Part shown: positions 9,790 through 20,580 of the stretch, piece by piece
Numbering within the stretch: the stretch's first letter is position 1
How the letters are laid out: each line of letters begins with the position of its first letter
Assembly: GCA_035504115.1 (NCBI GenBank)
Contig: DATJSL010000030.1
Location: 19,864-43,863, forward strand
From: Steroidobacteraceae bacterium
Lineage (GTDB): Bacteria > Pseudomonadota > Gammaproteobacteria > Steroidobacterales > Steroidobacteraceae
Reading direction: 5' to 3'
DNA length: 24,000 nt
Notes under the pieces: model-generated
Database searches by the model: none
Seen by the model: only the letters and a program-made list of their open reading frames with translations
What the model was told of the DNA's origin: nothing
Translations under genes and position numbers: made by a program

Positions 9790-11502
9790 ATGCCGGCGAC
9801 CGTCACGCACCGTTCGCTCGCAGCCCTCGCCGCCGCCTCATTGCTGCTGTGCGCGCGCCTCGCAGCGGCGGCGCAGACGGCTCCGAGCGGCGCGGTCCCC
9901 GACGCGGCCGGCTCGGGGGCTGCGGCCGGCTCGGGGGCTGCGGCCGGCTCGGCCGCGGCGCCGGGCGAGCACACGCTGTGTTCGGAGCCTGACACCCGCG
10001 TCGCGCTCGGCAGCGCGCAATGGAACGGCTGGGGGCGGGGCCCGGACAACACGCGTTATCAGCCGGAGCCTGCGATCCGCGCCATGGATGTGCCGAAGCT
10101 CGCGCTGCGCTGGGCGTTCGGCTATTCAGGCGGTGCGGCGGCCGGACAGCCCACCGTCGTCGACGGCCGATTGTTCGTGGCGAGCGCCAGCGGCCGCGTG
10201 TATTCGCTGGATGCGAAAACCGGCTGCACCTACTGGACCTTCGATGCCCAGGCCGGGGTGCACACCGCCGTCTCGATCGCGGAGCTCGCGCCCCGCAAGA
10301 GTCCGCCGAAGATGCCGAAGGCGTCGAAGCGCAGGCGCGGCAGGCATCAGTTGATCGATGCGCACCTGGAGATGCCGAAGGCACCGAGCGCGGCCTTCTT
10401 CGGCGACGACAAGGGGGCCGTCTATGCGCTCGATGCCCAGACGGGCGCGCTCTTGTGGAAGACGCAGATCGACGAGCACCCGCTCGCGCGCATCGAGGGC
10501 TCACCCACGATCTATCTCGACCGGGTGTACGTCGGCGTCGGCTCGAGCGAGCCCGAGTCTGCCGCCGCGCCGGGCTACGCTTGCTGCTCGTTTCGCGGCA
10601 GCGTCGCGGCGCTCGACATCGTCAGCGGACACATCGAGTGGAAGACCTATCTGGTGAGCGGGGACCCCCAGCCGCTCGAGTCTGCCGCCGGGCCGCGATT
10701 TGGACCGGCCGGCGCCGCCATCGCGGATGCGCCCACGGTGGACGCGGCACGCGGCGTGGTCTATGTCGGAACGGGCGAGACATTCAATCCGAAGGCGCAG
10801 CCCCTGGCCGACGCCGTGGTCGCCCTCGATCTCACCGACGGCAAGCTGCGCTGGGCCAAGCAGCTCGCCGACGCCGGCGGCGAATCCTCGCCCATCGATG
10901 CTTCGCCGATCCTGCGCGCGATCGGCCCCGGCAAGCAGTCGCTTCTGGTCGGCGAGCGCTCCGGCGCGGTGTACGCCCTCGATCCCGACCGGGCGGGCGA
11001 GATCTTGTGGCAGATCAAGGGCCCGGGCGATGCCGCCGGCGGCGTCGCCTGGGGCGCGGCCGCGGATCATCGCAGCGTATTCGTGGCCCTCTCCGGCCTC
11101 GACGCCGAGCCGCCCAACCCTACCGGGAGCTTGACGGCGATCGACGTCAGGACGGGCGCGCGGCGCTGGCTGACCGCGGCACCGGATCCCGCGTGCAGCT
11201 GGGGTCGCGATCCGGCGTGCGTTCATGGACAGGCCCAGGCGGTCACGGTGATTCCCGGAGCCGCCTTCTGCGGCTCGCTGGACGGCCACTTGCGCGCGTA
11301 CTCGACTCTCGACGGCAAGGTTCTGTGGGATTACGACACCGCCAAGGATTTCACGACCGTGAATCACGTCAAGGCGGCCGGCGGCTCGCTCGATCGCGGC
11401 GGTCCCACGATCGTGAACGGCATGGTTTACCTCAATTCAGGCTCGGGTGGCCGGGGCCGAGCGGGCAACGTGCTGCTCGCCTTCTCGGTCGACGGCAAAT
11501 AG
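9790..11502 (+). CDS. Secreted PQQ-binding-like beta-propeller protein, resembling the propeller of polyvinyl-alcohol dehydrogenase-type quinoproteins (570 aa)
   Basis: Signal-peptide-like N-terminus (LAALAAASLLLCARLAAAAQT), repeated propeller blades (GRLFVASASGRVYSLDAKTG, DDKGAVYALDAQTGALLWKT, GSVAALDIVSGHIEWKT, VVALDLTDGKLRWAKQ) and vicinal cysteines (YACCSFRG). No CxxCH heme motif seen. Confidence 0.82.
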   Translation: MPATVTHRSLAALAAASLLLCARLAAAAQTAPSGAVPDAAGSGAAAGSGAAAGSAAAPGEHTLCSEPDTRVALGSAQWNGWGRGPDNTRYQPEPAIRAMDVPKLALRWAFGYSGGAAAGQPTVVDGRLFVASASGRVYSLDAKTGCTYWTFDAQAGVHTAVSIAELAPRKSPPKMPKASKRRRGRHQLIDAHLEMPKAPSAAFFGDDKGAVYALDAQTGALLWKTQIDEHPLARIEGSPTIYLDRVYVGVGSSEPESAAAPGYACCSFRGSVAALDIVSGHIEWKTYLVSGDPQPLESAAGPRFGPAGAAIADAPTVDAARGVVYVGTGETFNPKAQPLADAVVALDLTDGKLRWAKQLADAGGESSPIDASPILRAIGPGKQSLLVGERSGAVYALDPDRAGEILWQIKGPGDAAGGVAWGAAADHRSVFVALSGLDAEPPNPTGSLTAIDVRTGARRWLTAAPDPACSWGRDPACVHGQAQAVTVIPGAAFCGSLDGHLRAYSTLDGKVLWDYDTAKDFTTVNHVKAAGGSLDRGGPTIVNGMVYLNSGSGGRGRAGNVLLAFSVDGK

Positions 11503-11510
11503 GACAATAG

Positions 11511-13064
<1,554 letters not shown>

Positions 13065-13093
13065 GCGCAAGGCGCTCGCCCGGGCGGCGGCCG

Positions 13094-13109
13094 GCGCAGC
13101 GCGCTGCGC
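13094..13109. terminator. GC-rich perfect palindrome between convergent genes; possible bidirectional terminator
   Basis: GCGCAGCGCGCTGCGC lies in the gap between the protease stop (13064) and bioA stop (13117). No U-tract on either strand. Confidence 0.25.
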
Positions 13110-13116
13110 GCGCGCC

Positions 13117-14370
13117 TCAGCCGAGCGTCTCGGCTGCGCTGCGTATCGCCCCGTACACCCGGTCGAGATCTTCCTCCGTGACGCAGTAGGGCGGCAGCAC
13201 GTAGATGGTGTTGCCCAGCGGCCGCAGCAGCACCTCGCCCGCCCGCCAGGAGGCGGTGAGCCGCGGTCCGACGGCAGCCAGATACCCGCGATCGGCCGTC
13301 TTCAGGTCCATCGCCACGATGGTCCCCGTCTGGCGCAGGTGCTCGAAGCGCTCATCGCCGCGCAGGCGCTCGAGCTGTGCGGACTGCAGGCGCACGAGAA
13401 CGGCGATGCGCTCGCGCACCGGCTCGGACTCCCACACCTCGAGATTGGCGAGCGCCGCCGCGCAGGCGATCGGGTTCGCGGTGAACGAGCTCGAATGGAA
13501 GAAGGTGCGACGCCGGTCCTCGGCATAGTGGGCCGCGAAGATCTCGGGGCGGCAGAGCGTCACGGCGAGGGGCAGCGCGCCACCGGTGAGCCCCTTGGAA
13601 TAGCATGCGATGTCCGGCGCGACGCCGGCCTGCTCGCAGGCGAATAAAGTGCCGGTCCTGCCCCAGCCCGTCATCACCTCATCGGCGATGAACAGCACGC
13701 CGTGACGCGCGCAGATGGCGCGCATGTCGGCGAGGAGCGAAGCGGGATACATGAGCATGCCGCCCGCGCCGAGCACGAGGGGCTCGATCAGCAGCGCAGC
13801 GGCCTCGCCGGTGCGGCAGTGGGCCTCGAGCGCCTCGAGCGTCGCACTCTCCCGGCCGGGCGCCGGAAAGGGAATGCGCGCCACCTCGAAGAGCAGCCGT
13901 TCGTACGCTTCGGTGAAGGCGCCGCGCTCGCCGACCGACATCGCGCCCACGGTATCGCCGTGGTAGCTGTGCTGCATCACGATGATACGGTGCCGGGGCT
14001 CGCCGCCGTGCCGCCAGTAACCGAGCGCCATCTTCAGCGCGACCTCGACGCTGGTCGATCCGCTGTCGGAGAAGAACACGTGCGCAAGACCCGGGGGCGC
14101 AACGGCGAGGAGCTTCTCGGCCAGCCGCTCCGCGGGCTCGTGGCTGTACTCGGCGAAGATGACCTGATCGAGCGTCTCGGCGGCCGTACGGATGGCGGCG
14201 ACGATGCGCGGATGCCGGTGCCCGTGGGTGATGACCCACCACGAGGAGATGGCGTCGATGATGCGCCGGCCGTCGGCGGTGATCAGGTAGGCACCCTCGG
14301 TGCGCAGCACTTTGGGAAAATCCGCGCGCAGCGCATGCTGCGTGAACGGGTGCCAGATGATCGAGCTCAC
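13117..14370 (-). CDS. bioA: Adenosylmethionine-8-amino-7-oxononanoate aminotransferase (about 417 aa, GTG start)
   Basis: [107 protein letters not shown]. The start overlaps the bioD stop as GTGA; the track ORF is over-extended to 15159. Confidence 0.95.
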   Translation of the reverse strand: MSSIIWHPFTQHALRADFPKVLRTEGAYLITADGRRIIDAISSWWVITHGHRHPRIVAAIRTAAETLDQVIFAEYSHEPAERLAEKLLAVAPPGLAHVFFSDSGSTSVEVALKMALGYWRHGGEPRHRIIVMQHSYHGDTVGAMSVGERGAFTEAYERLLFEVARIPFPAPGRESATLEALEAHCRTGEAAALLIEPLVLGAGGMLMYPASLLADMRAICARHGVLFIADEVMTGWGRTGTLFACEQAGVAPDIACYSKGLTGGALPLAVTLCRPEIFAAHYAEDRRRTFFHSSSFTANPIACAAALANLEVWESEPVRERIAVLVRLQSAQLERLRGDERFEHLRQTGTIVAMDLKTADRGYLAAVGPRLTASWRAGEVLLRPLGNTIYVLPPYCVTEEDLDRVYGAIRSAAETLG

Positions 14371-15107
14371 GGCGCGCCGGTCCCCGCCGCCCCCGCCGTG
14401 GCGCCCGTGGCCGCCCCCGCCGCCGCGGCGCCTGTGGCCGCCCCCGCCGCCGTGGCCCCTGTGGCCGCCGTCGCCGCGGGGTCGAGGAATTGCTCGCGGG
14501 CAAACGCTTGCGCGAAGGCCGCCGCGAGCGTGCCCGGTGTCAGCGGATCGAGATACGGCAAGCGGCCGAGCACCGGGACATCCCCGAGCGCGCCGATGAT
14601 GCGCTCGTTGTCCGCATGCGCATCGCCGATGAAGGCGATGCCGAGGAGGGGAATCGCCCGGCTGCGCAGCGCCTCGATCGACAGCAGCGTGTGGTTGATG
14701 GTTCCGAGCCGGGTCCGCGCGCACAGCACGACCGGCGCGCCCCAGCGCCGAAAGAGATCGACGAGGAGCATGTGCCGCGTGAGCGGCACCAAAAGGCCGC
14801 CCGCTCCCTCGACGATCAGCGTGCGGCCCGCCGCCGGCAGGGTGAGCCGCGCCGCATCGATCGCGACGCCGTCGATCTCGGCGGCGAGGTGCGGCGAGGC
14901 CGGGGTGCGCAACCGCCAGGCTTCCGGCAGGATGCGCTCGGCGGGCAGCTCCGCGAGGCGCTGCACCAGCGCCGAGTCGGTCTCCCCGGCGAGTCCGGAC
15001 TGCACCGGCTTCCAGTACGCGCCCTGCACAAGCCGCGTGAGGCCGGCGCAAAACACCGTCTTGCCGACGTCCGTATCGGTGCCTGTGACGATGATGCTCG
15101 CGCTCAT
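14367..15107 (-). CDS. bioD: Dethiobiotin synthetase (246 aa) with low-complexity Ala/Gly/Thr tail
   Basis: [23 protein letters not shown] (P-loop), [22 protein letters not shown]. Stop is at 14367-14369. Confidence 0.94.
   Translation of the reverse strand: MSASIIVTGTDTDVGKTVFCAGLTRLVQGAYWKPVQSGLAGETDSALVQRLAELPAERILPEAWRLRTPASPHLAAEIDGVAIDAARLTLPAAGRTLIVEGAGGLLVPLTRHMLLVDLFRRWGAPVVLCARTRLGTINHTLLSIEALRSRAIPLLGIAFIGDAHADNERIIGALGDVPVLGRLPYLDPLTPGTLAAAFAQAFAREQFLDPAATAATGATAAGAATGAAAAGAATGATAGAAGTGAP
14385..14475. repeat. In-frame tandem repeat (about 27-nt unit, about 3 copies) inside the 3' end of bioD
   Basis: Plus-strand units CCCGCC---GTGGCGCCCGTGGCCGCC / CCCGCCGCCGCGGCGCCTGTGGCCGCC / CCCGCCGCCGTGGCCCCTGTGGCCGCC. 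Protein tail ATGATAAGA/ATGAAAAGA/ATGATAGA. Confidence 0.75.
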
Positions 15108-16246
15108 GGCGCGAGCAGCTCGGCGAGAGCGCCGAACAAGGCGTCGATCGCGGCCTCATCGACGTTCAGGGTCACCGAGATCCTGAGGCGCGCGGTGCCT
15201 TCGGGCACCGTCGGCGGGCGTACCGCGCGCACGTCGAACCCGCGCTCGCGCAGGGCGGTGGCGAGCGCGAGTGCGCGGCCATCCTCGCCCACGATCACCG
15301 GCAGGATCTGCGAGCCGCTCGGGTGCGCCGCGCCGCGCGCGCGCGCCGCCCGGGAGGCGGCGCCGACCAGATGCGCGAGCCGCCGGCGCCGCTCGGGCTC
15401 CTCCTTCAGGATGTCGAGCGCCTCGAGCGCGGCCGCGGCCATCAGCGGCGAAGGCGCCGTCGAATAGATGAACGGGCGGCAGCGATTGATCAGAAACTCG
15501 CACAGCACGCGCGGACCCGCGACCAGCGCACCGGCGCCGCCCAGCGCCTTGCCGCAGGTGTGCAGCGTGAGCACGTTCTCGCGCCCTTCGAGCTCTGCCG
15601 CGAGACCGCGCCCGTCCATCCCGTACACGCCCGTGGCATGCGCCTCGTCGATGAACAGCATGGCGTCGTGCCGGTCGGCGAGCGCGATCAGCTCATCGAG
15701 GGGCGCGCGATCGCCGTCCATGCTGTACAGGCTCTCGACCGCCATCCACACGCGCCCGCGGGCGCCGCTCCCGCGAAAGTCCTGGATCGCTTTCTCGAAG
15801 GCGGCGGGGTCGTTGTGGGCGGCGCAGGTGAACTGCGCGCGCCCGGCGCGCGCGCCCTCGTGGGCGCTGGCGTGAACCAGGGCATCGAGCACGACCAGAT
15901 CGTCCCGTTGCGGCAAGGTCGACAGGACGGCGTAGTTCGCGAAATAGCCGCTGCCGAAAAAAAGCGTGCGCTCGGCGCGGAAGAACGCAGCCGCCTTCGC
16001 CTCGAGCGCCTCGTGCTCGGGGGCGTTGCCGCGCAGCAGCCTCGAGCCGCCCGCGCCCACCGGGGTGCCGCGGGCAAGCGCGCTGGTCACCGCGGCCTTG
16101 AGGCGCGCACACGCGGCGAGACCCAGATAATCGTTGGACGTGAAATCGAGCCCCACGCGCGGCGCGAGCGAGCGCTTGCGGCTCTGGTCGGTCAGGGCGT
16201 CGAGCGCCGCCTGATAAGGAGCGAGGCCCGAGGCCCTCAAGGCCAC
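15104..16246 (-). CDS. bioF: 8-amino-7-oxononanoate synthase (about 380 aa; probable GTG start at 16246)
   Basis: [81 protein letters not shown]. The track ORF extends to 16369 into bioB. Confidence 0.93.
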   Translation of the reverse strand: MALRASGLAPYQAALDALTDQSRKRSLAPRVGLDFTSNDYLGLAACARLKAAVTSALARGTPVGAGGSRLLRGNAPEHEALEAKAAAFFRAERTLFFGSGYFANYAVLSTLPQRDDLVVLDALVHASAHEGARAGRAQFTCAAHNDPAAFEKAIQDFRGSGARGRVWMAVESLYSMDGDRAPLDELIALADRHDAMLFIDEAHATGVYGMDGRGLAAELEGRENVLTLHTCGKALGGAGALVAGPRVLCEFLINRCRPFIYSTAPSPLMAAAALEALDILKEEPERRRRLAHLVGAASRAARARGAAHPSGSQILPVIVGEDGRALALATALRERGFDVRAVRPPTVPEGTARLRISVTLNVDEAAIDALFGALAELLAP

Positions 16247-17223
16247 GACGGTTCCAGCGGCTTCAATCCGAGGCGCCGGAACAGCGCGCCATCCTGATCC
16301 TCGCCCGGATTGCCCGCCGTGAGCAGCGTGTCGCCCACGAAGATCGAATTGGCGCCTGCGAAGAAGCACAGCGCTTGCAGCTCATCGCTCATCGCCGTGC
16401 GCCCCGCCGAGAGCCTCACCATGGAGGTCGGCATGAGGATGCGCGCCAGGGCGATGGTGCGCACGAACTCGATGGGGTCGAGCGGCGGCGCCTCGGCGAG
16501 CGGCGTGCCCGGGATGGGGATCAGCCGATTGATCGGCACGCTCTCGGGCGCAACGGGCAGGTTGGCGAGGGTCACCAGAAAGGACACCCGGTCGGCGGCG
16601 TCCTCGCCCATGCCGACGATACCGCCGCAGCACACCTTCATTCCCGAGTCGCGCACGTAACGCAGGGTCTTTAGCCGGTCGGTCCACGATCGGGTGGTCG
16701 CGACCTCGCCGTAATAGCGCTCCGACGTGTCGATGTTGTGGTTGTAGTAGTCCAGACCCGCCTCCTTCAGGCGCTGTGCGTCCTCGCGTCGCAGCATCCC
16801 GAGGGTCATGCAGGTCTCGAGCCCGAGCGATTTGACCGCGCCCACCATCTCGGTGAGGCGCTGCATGTCGCGCGGCTTCGGCGAGCGCCATGCCGCGCCC
16901 ATGCAGTAGCGCGTCGCGCCTGCATCCTTGGCCCTGCGCGCCTCGGCCACCACCTCGCCCACCTCCATGAGCTTGGTGGCCGCAAGGCCGGTCTGATGCC
17001 GCGCGGACTGGCTGCAGTAGCCGCAGTCCTCGGGGCATCCGCCCGTCTTGATGCTGAGCAGCTGGCTGCGCTGCACCGCGTTGGCATCGAAGTGCCGCCG
17101 GTGAATGGTATGGGCGCGAAACAGCAGATCCGCGAAGGGCGCCGCGTACAACGCCTGCGCTTCTTGCATCGACCAGGGCGTGCGCGGGCCGGACTCGGCC
17201 GGCGGGGTGCAGTCGGGACTCAT
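16237..17223 (-). CDS. bioB: Biotin synthase (up to 328 aa)
   Basis: [24 protein letters not shown] radical SAM motif, [64 protein letters not shown]. Confidence 0.97.
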   Translation of the reverse strand: MSPDCTPPAESGPRTPWSMQEAQALYAAPFADLLFRAHTIHRRHFDANAVQRSQLLSIKTGGCPEDCGYCSQSARHQTGLAATKLMEVGEVVAEARRAKDAGATRYCMGAAWRSPKPRDMQRLTEMVGAVKSLGLETCMTLGMLRREDAQRLKEAGLDYYNHNIDTSERYYGEVATTRSWTDRLKTLRYVRDSGMKVCCGGIVGMGEDAADRVSFLVTLANLPVAPESVPINRLIPIPGTPLAEAPPLDPIEFVRTIALARILMPTSMVRLSAGRTAMSDELQALCFFAGANSIFVGDTLLTAGNPGEDQDGALFRRLGLKPLEPSWP

Positions 17224-17237
17224 CGATCCTGGGCCTC

Positions 17238-17849
17238 CTAGTTCGCATCCACGAGATCGGATACCTCGCGCGCATCGGCGCGCTTCATCGGCCGGCCGTC
17301 GACCGGCGAATACGGCGATTGGCGGATGCCGTCGATGGGAAACACCGTCGCATCGACCGTGCGGCCGCTCGCCTCGAAGCGCAGCGCGGGATAGTTGATG
17401 CTGCGCTCGGCATCCATCTTGACGCGCCGCTCGTAGAACTGGTGCGGCACGCCGATCTCGAGCAGGCGTATCGCCACGGACTCGGAGCGGTCGGCGAACA
17501 AATGCAGATTGATGTCGCTGTAATTGGTCGCCGTGCCGGTGAGCACCGAGCCCACCAGCCGCGGCTGAAACTCCTCCAAAAGCCGCATGGTGTGCAGGGC
17601 GATACGCCGCTGCTCCTTCAAGGTGTGCCCGTGGGAGTCGCCGCCGAAGAGGCGCTGATGGGCGCGCAGCGCCGCCTCGATCTCCACGTTCGAGGGCAGC
17701 ACCGAGACCTCGTGCACCCCGAGCCGGTCGGCGGCCTTGCGCTTGGCCTGAAGAAAGTCCTCGATGCCATGCTCGGCCATGATGCGTGCGGCTTCCTGAG
17801 CGAGCGCCCGCCGCAGATCCTCGGCGCGCTGCGAATACTTCTTGGGCAT
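17238..17849 (-). CDS. Conserved protein of unknown function with nucleotidyltransferase-like motif (about 203 aa)
   Basis: Complete ORF packed between mrcA and bio[46 protein letters not shown]..; the [21 protein letters not shown] segment resembles a GS-x(n)-D/N loop of minimal nucleotidyltransferases. ATG at 17849 chosen over the track start. Confidence 0.75.
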   Translation of the reverse strand: MPKKYSQRAEDLRRALAQEAARIMAEHGIEDFLQAKRKAADRLGVHEVSVLPSNVEIEAALRAHQRLFGGDSHGHTLKEQRRIALHTMRLLEEFQPRLVGSVLTGTATNYSDINLHLFADRSESVAIRLLEIGVPHQFYERRVKMDAERSINYPALRFEASGRTVDATVFPIDGIRQSPYSPVDGRPMKRADAREVSDLVDAN

Positions 17850-17853
17850 ATGT

Positions 17854-20433
17854 CTAGAAGAGCGGTTTGTCGCCATCATTCAGCGGGTTCGTATTGTTCT
17901 GCCCCTCCGCGCTCTCGGGCTTGGGCAGATTGCCTTCGATGAATTTCTCCATGATGCCGTTCGGATTGTCGGCGCTCGCGAGCAACCCGGTATCCGGCGA
18001 GATGCGCACCGTGACGATGCCGTCGGGCATCGGTACCTTGTGCCGCGGCACGCCATCGAGCGCCTGGTGCATGAAGAATATCCAGGTCGGCAGCGCGGCG
18101 CGCGAGCCCTGCTCGAGCTCGCCCAGGGTGCGATCCTGGTCGAAGCCGGTCCACACCGTCGCGACCAAGTCGGCGTTGAAGCCCGAGAACCAGGCATCGT
18201 GCGCATCGTTGGTCGTCCCCGTCTTTCCCGCAATGTCATCCCGGCCGAGCACCAGGGCCCTTTGGCCGGTGCCGTGCTTGATCACGTCCGCCATCATGTC
18301 GGACAGCAAATAGGCGACCTGGGGACGGATGATTTGCGGCGCGAGATCCTTGGCCGGGATCAGTGATTTGCCGTCGGGCACCCCCTCGTCGAGCCAGCTC
18401 GCGCTCGCGGCCGCGGCATGCTGCGACGCGGCGCGCTGGACCCCGGGCGCATGCGCGGCCGGGGGCGGCGGATCGTCGCTCGAGCTGCGCTCGAGGGCGG
18501 CGGTGAGCCCGGCGCCGCCCGCGGGCGGCCGCCCGTCCGCGAGCGCCGCGTTCAGAGTGCTCGTCTGGTCGGCGGCGCACTGTGCGCAGGCGATGAGCGG
18601 CTCCGCCTGGTAGATCGGCTTGCCGGTCGCGTCCAGAATCCGATCGATGTAGTAGGGGGTGACGCGAAATCCCCCGTTCGCGAACGTCGCATAGCCGGTG
18701 GCCACTTGCAGCGGGGAGAGCTCCGCGGTCCCCAGGGCCATGGTGAGATCATCGGGCACCTGGGACTTGTCGAAACCGAAGCGAGTGACGTAATTGCGCG
18801 CGTATTCGACGCCGATGTCGCGCACCACGCGCACCGACACGAGGTTGCGCGAGTAGGCCAGCGCGTCGCGCAGGCGCACCGGCCCGTAGAATTCGTTGGT
18901 GTCCTCTTTCGGCCGCCAGCCCGTGTCGTTGCCGGCGGTATCGATCACGATGGGCGCATCGAGCACCACGGTCGCGGGCGTGTAGCCCTTGTCGAATGCG
19001 GCCGCGTAGATGAAGGGCTTGAACCCCGAGCCAGGCTGCCGCCGCGCCTGGGTGACGCGGTTGAACTTGCTCTGGAAGTAATCGAAGCCGCCCACCAGCG
19101 CGACCACCGCCCCATCCTTCGGGTCGAGCGCGACGAGCGCGCTCTGCGCCTCCGGCACTTGCACGAACTGCAGGGATTCCGGGGTATTGCCGACCGTGTA
19201 GATCACATCGCCCCGATGCAAGATCTCGGAGGCGTCCGTCGGCGAGCGGTCCACCTTCTCATCCGGCAGCTCGCGCCGCGCCCAGGACAGCTTCGCCCAG
19301 GGAAGCGTCACGTCGCCCAGATCCTTCACATGGATCTTCGCGCTTTTCTCCTCCACGCCGACGACGATGGCCGGCCGCAAGCCCCCGACCGCGGGCCGCT
19401 CCTCGAGCTCGGCATCCATCGCCGCATCGCTCGTCAGCTTCGAGGGGTCGACCTTGTCGGCCGCGCCCCGCCAGCCGTGGCGGCGGTCGTACTCCAGGAG
19501 TCCCGTGCGCAGCGACACCGTGGCCGCGGCCTGCAGGCGCGAGTCGATGGTGGTGAAAACCTGATAGCCCGCCGTATAGATGGCGTCCCCGTACTTCGCC
19601 TGCATCTCGTTGCGCACCATCTCGGCGACATAGGGCGCGTCGACCTCGATGGATGGGCCGTGCAGGCGGCTCTCCATCGGACTCGCCTTCGCCTGCTCGT
19701 ATTGCGCCTCGGTGATGTAGCCGAGATCGCGCATTCTCCCGAGCACGTGGGCGCGGCGCACGGTGGCGGCCTCGGGGTTGGCGACCGGGTTGACGGTGGA
19801 GGGCGCGGCGGGAATGCCGGCGAGCGTCGCCATCTCCGCGATGCTCAGCTGATCGAGGCTCTTGCCGAAGTAGACCTCGGCGGCGGCGGCCACGCCGTAG
19901 GCGCGCTGTCCCAGGAAGATCTTGTTGACGTAGAGCGAGAAGATCTCTTCCTTGGTGAATTCGCTCTCCATCAGCAGCGAGATGTAGACCTCGCTCATCT
20001 TGCGCTTCATGTCGCGCCGCGGGGTGAGGAACATGTCGCGCGCCACCTGCATGGTGATCGTGCTCGCCCCCTGGCTGATCCGGCCGGCCCGCGCATTGGC
20101 GAGCGCGGCGCGCAAGATGCCCTGCCAGTCGACCCCATGATGGCGGAAGAACCGGTCATCCTCCGTGGCGAGGAAGGCCTGCACCAGCTTCGGCGGCAGG
20201 TCCGAGTAGCGCACCGGGATGCGCCTTTGCTCCCCGATCGAGGCCATCAGGCGCCCGTCGCGGGTATAAATCCTCAGGGGAACCTGCAATTGCACGTCGC
20301 GCAGGGACTCGACGTCCGGCAAGGCGGGGCGCAAGTAGACATAAGCGCAGACGTTGGCGAACGCGATCAGCACGATTGCGCCCGCCAGGCATGCACAAAT
20401 TCGGGATATGAGAACCAGGTAACGTTTGGCCAC
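17854..20433 (-). CDS. mrcA: Penicillin-binding protein 1A, transglycosylase/transpeptidase (859 aa, GTG start)
   Basis: TG51 motifs (ATEDDRFFRHHGVDWQGILRA, GRISQGASTITMQVARDMFL), transpeptidase SxxK/SxN/KTGT motifs (RQPGSGFKPFIYAAAF, AYSRNLVSVRV, GKTGTTNDAHDAWFSG). Confidence 0.97.
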   Translation of the reverse strand: MAKRYLVLISRICACLAGAIVLIAFANVCAYVYLRPALPDVESLRDVQLQVPLRIYTRDGRLMASIGEQRRIPVRYSDLPPKLVQAFLATEDDRFFRHHGVDWQGILRAALANARAGRISQGASTITMQVARDMFLTPRRDMKRKMSEVYISLLMESEFTKEEIFSLYVNKIFLGQRAYGVAAAAEVYFGKSLDQLSIAEMATLAGIPAAPSTVNPVANPEAATVRRAHVLGRMRDLGYITEAQYEQAKASPMESRLHGPSIEVDAPYVAEMVRNEMQAKYGDAIYTAGYQVFTTIDSRLQAAATVSLRTGLLEYDRRHGWRGAADKVDPSKLTSDAAMDAELEERPAVGGLRPAIVVGVEEKSAKIHVKDLGDVTLPWAKLSWARRELPDEKVDRSPTDASEILHRGDVIYTVGNTPESLQFVQVPEAQSALVALDPKDGAVVALVGGFDYFQSKFNRVTQARRQPGSGFKPFIYAAAFDKGYTPATVVLDAPIVIDTAGNDTGWRPKEDTNEFYGPVRLRDALAYSRNLVSVRVVRDIGVEYARNYVTRFGFDKSQVPDDLTMALGTAELSPLQVATGYATFANGGFRVTPYYIDRILDATGKPIYQAEPLIACAQCAADQTSTLNAALADGRPPAGGAGLTAALERSSSDDPPPPAAHAPGVQRAASQHAAAASASWLDEGVPDGKSLIPAKDLAPQIIRPQVAYLLSDMMADVIKHGTGQRALVLGRDDIAGKTGTTNDAHDAWFSGFNADLVATVWTGFDQDRTLGELEQGSRAALPTWIFFMHQALDGVPRHKVPMPDGIVTVRISPDTGLLASADNPNGIMEKFIEGNLPKPESAEGQNNTNPLNDGDKPLF

Positions 20434-20487
20434 AGCAAACCGCTCTAACTTATTGCGCCGGCGGACACAGGGCTGGCATATTACCGC

Positions 20488-20580
20488 GGCTTACAAAGGC
20501 ATACTCATCGAAAGATGAGGACGCAAAGCCACCGGTCTAAGGGTTCGAGGCCTAAGACAGCGGGGTTGCCAGACCAAGCT
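20488..20580 (+). promoter_or_regulatory. GEMM-I class riboswitch aptamer (cyclic di-GMP-I-like) upstream of pilM
   Basis: CTCATC-GAAA-GATGAG P2 hairpin, immediately followed by GACGCAAAGCC..CCGG..CTAA..AGCGGGGTTGCC, the near-invariant GEMM-I core. A terminal P1-like pairing GGCTT/AAGCT closes it. Confidence 0.85.

Noticed and set aside
14371-15159. N-terminal extension of the bioA-frame ORF over bioD
   Set aside because: The region upstream of the GTG at 14370 is out-of-frame bioD sequence. BioA homology begins at [11 protein letters not shown].
18418-20448. 676-aa plus-strand ORF opposite mrcA
   Set aside because: Antisense shadow of PBP1A. Long open frames are expected from codon bias in GC-rich genomes.
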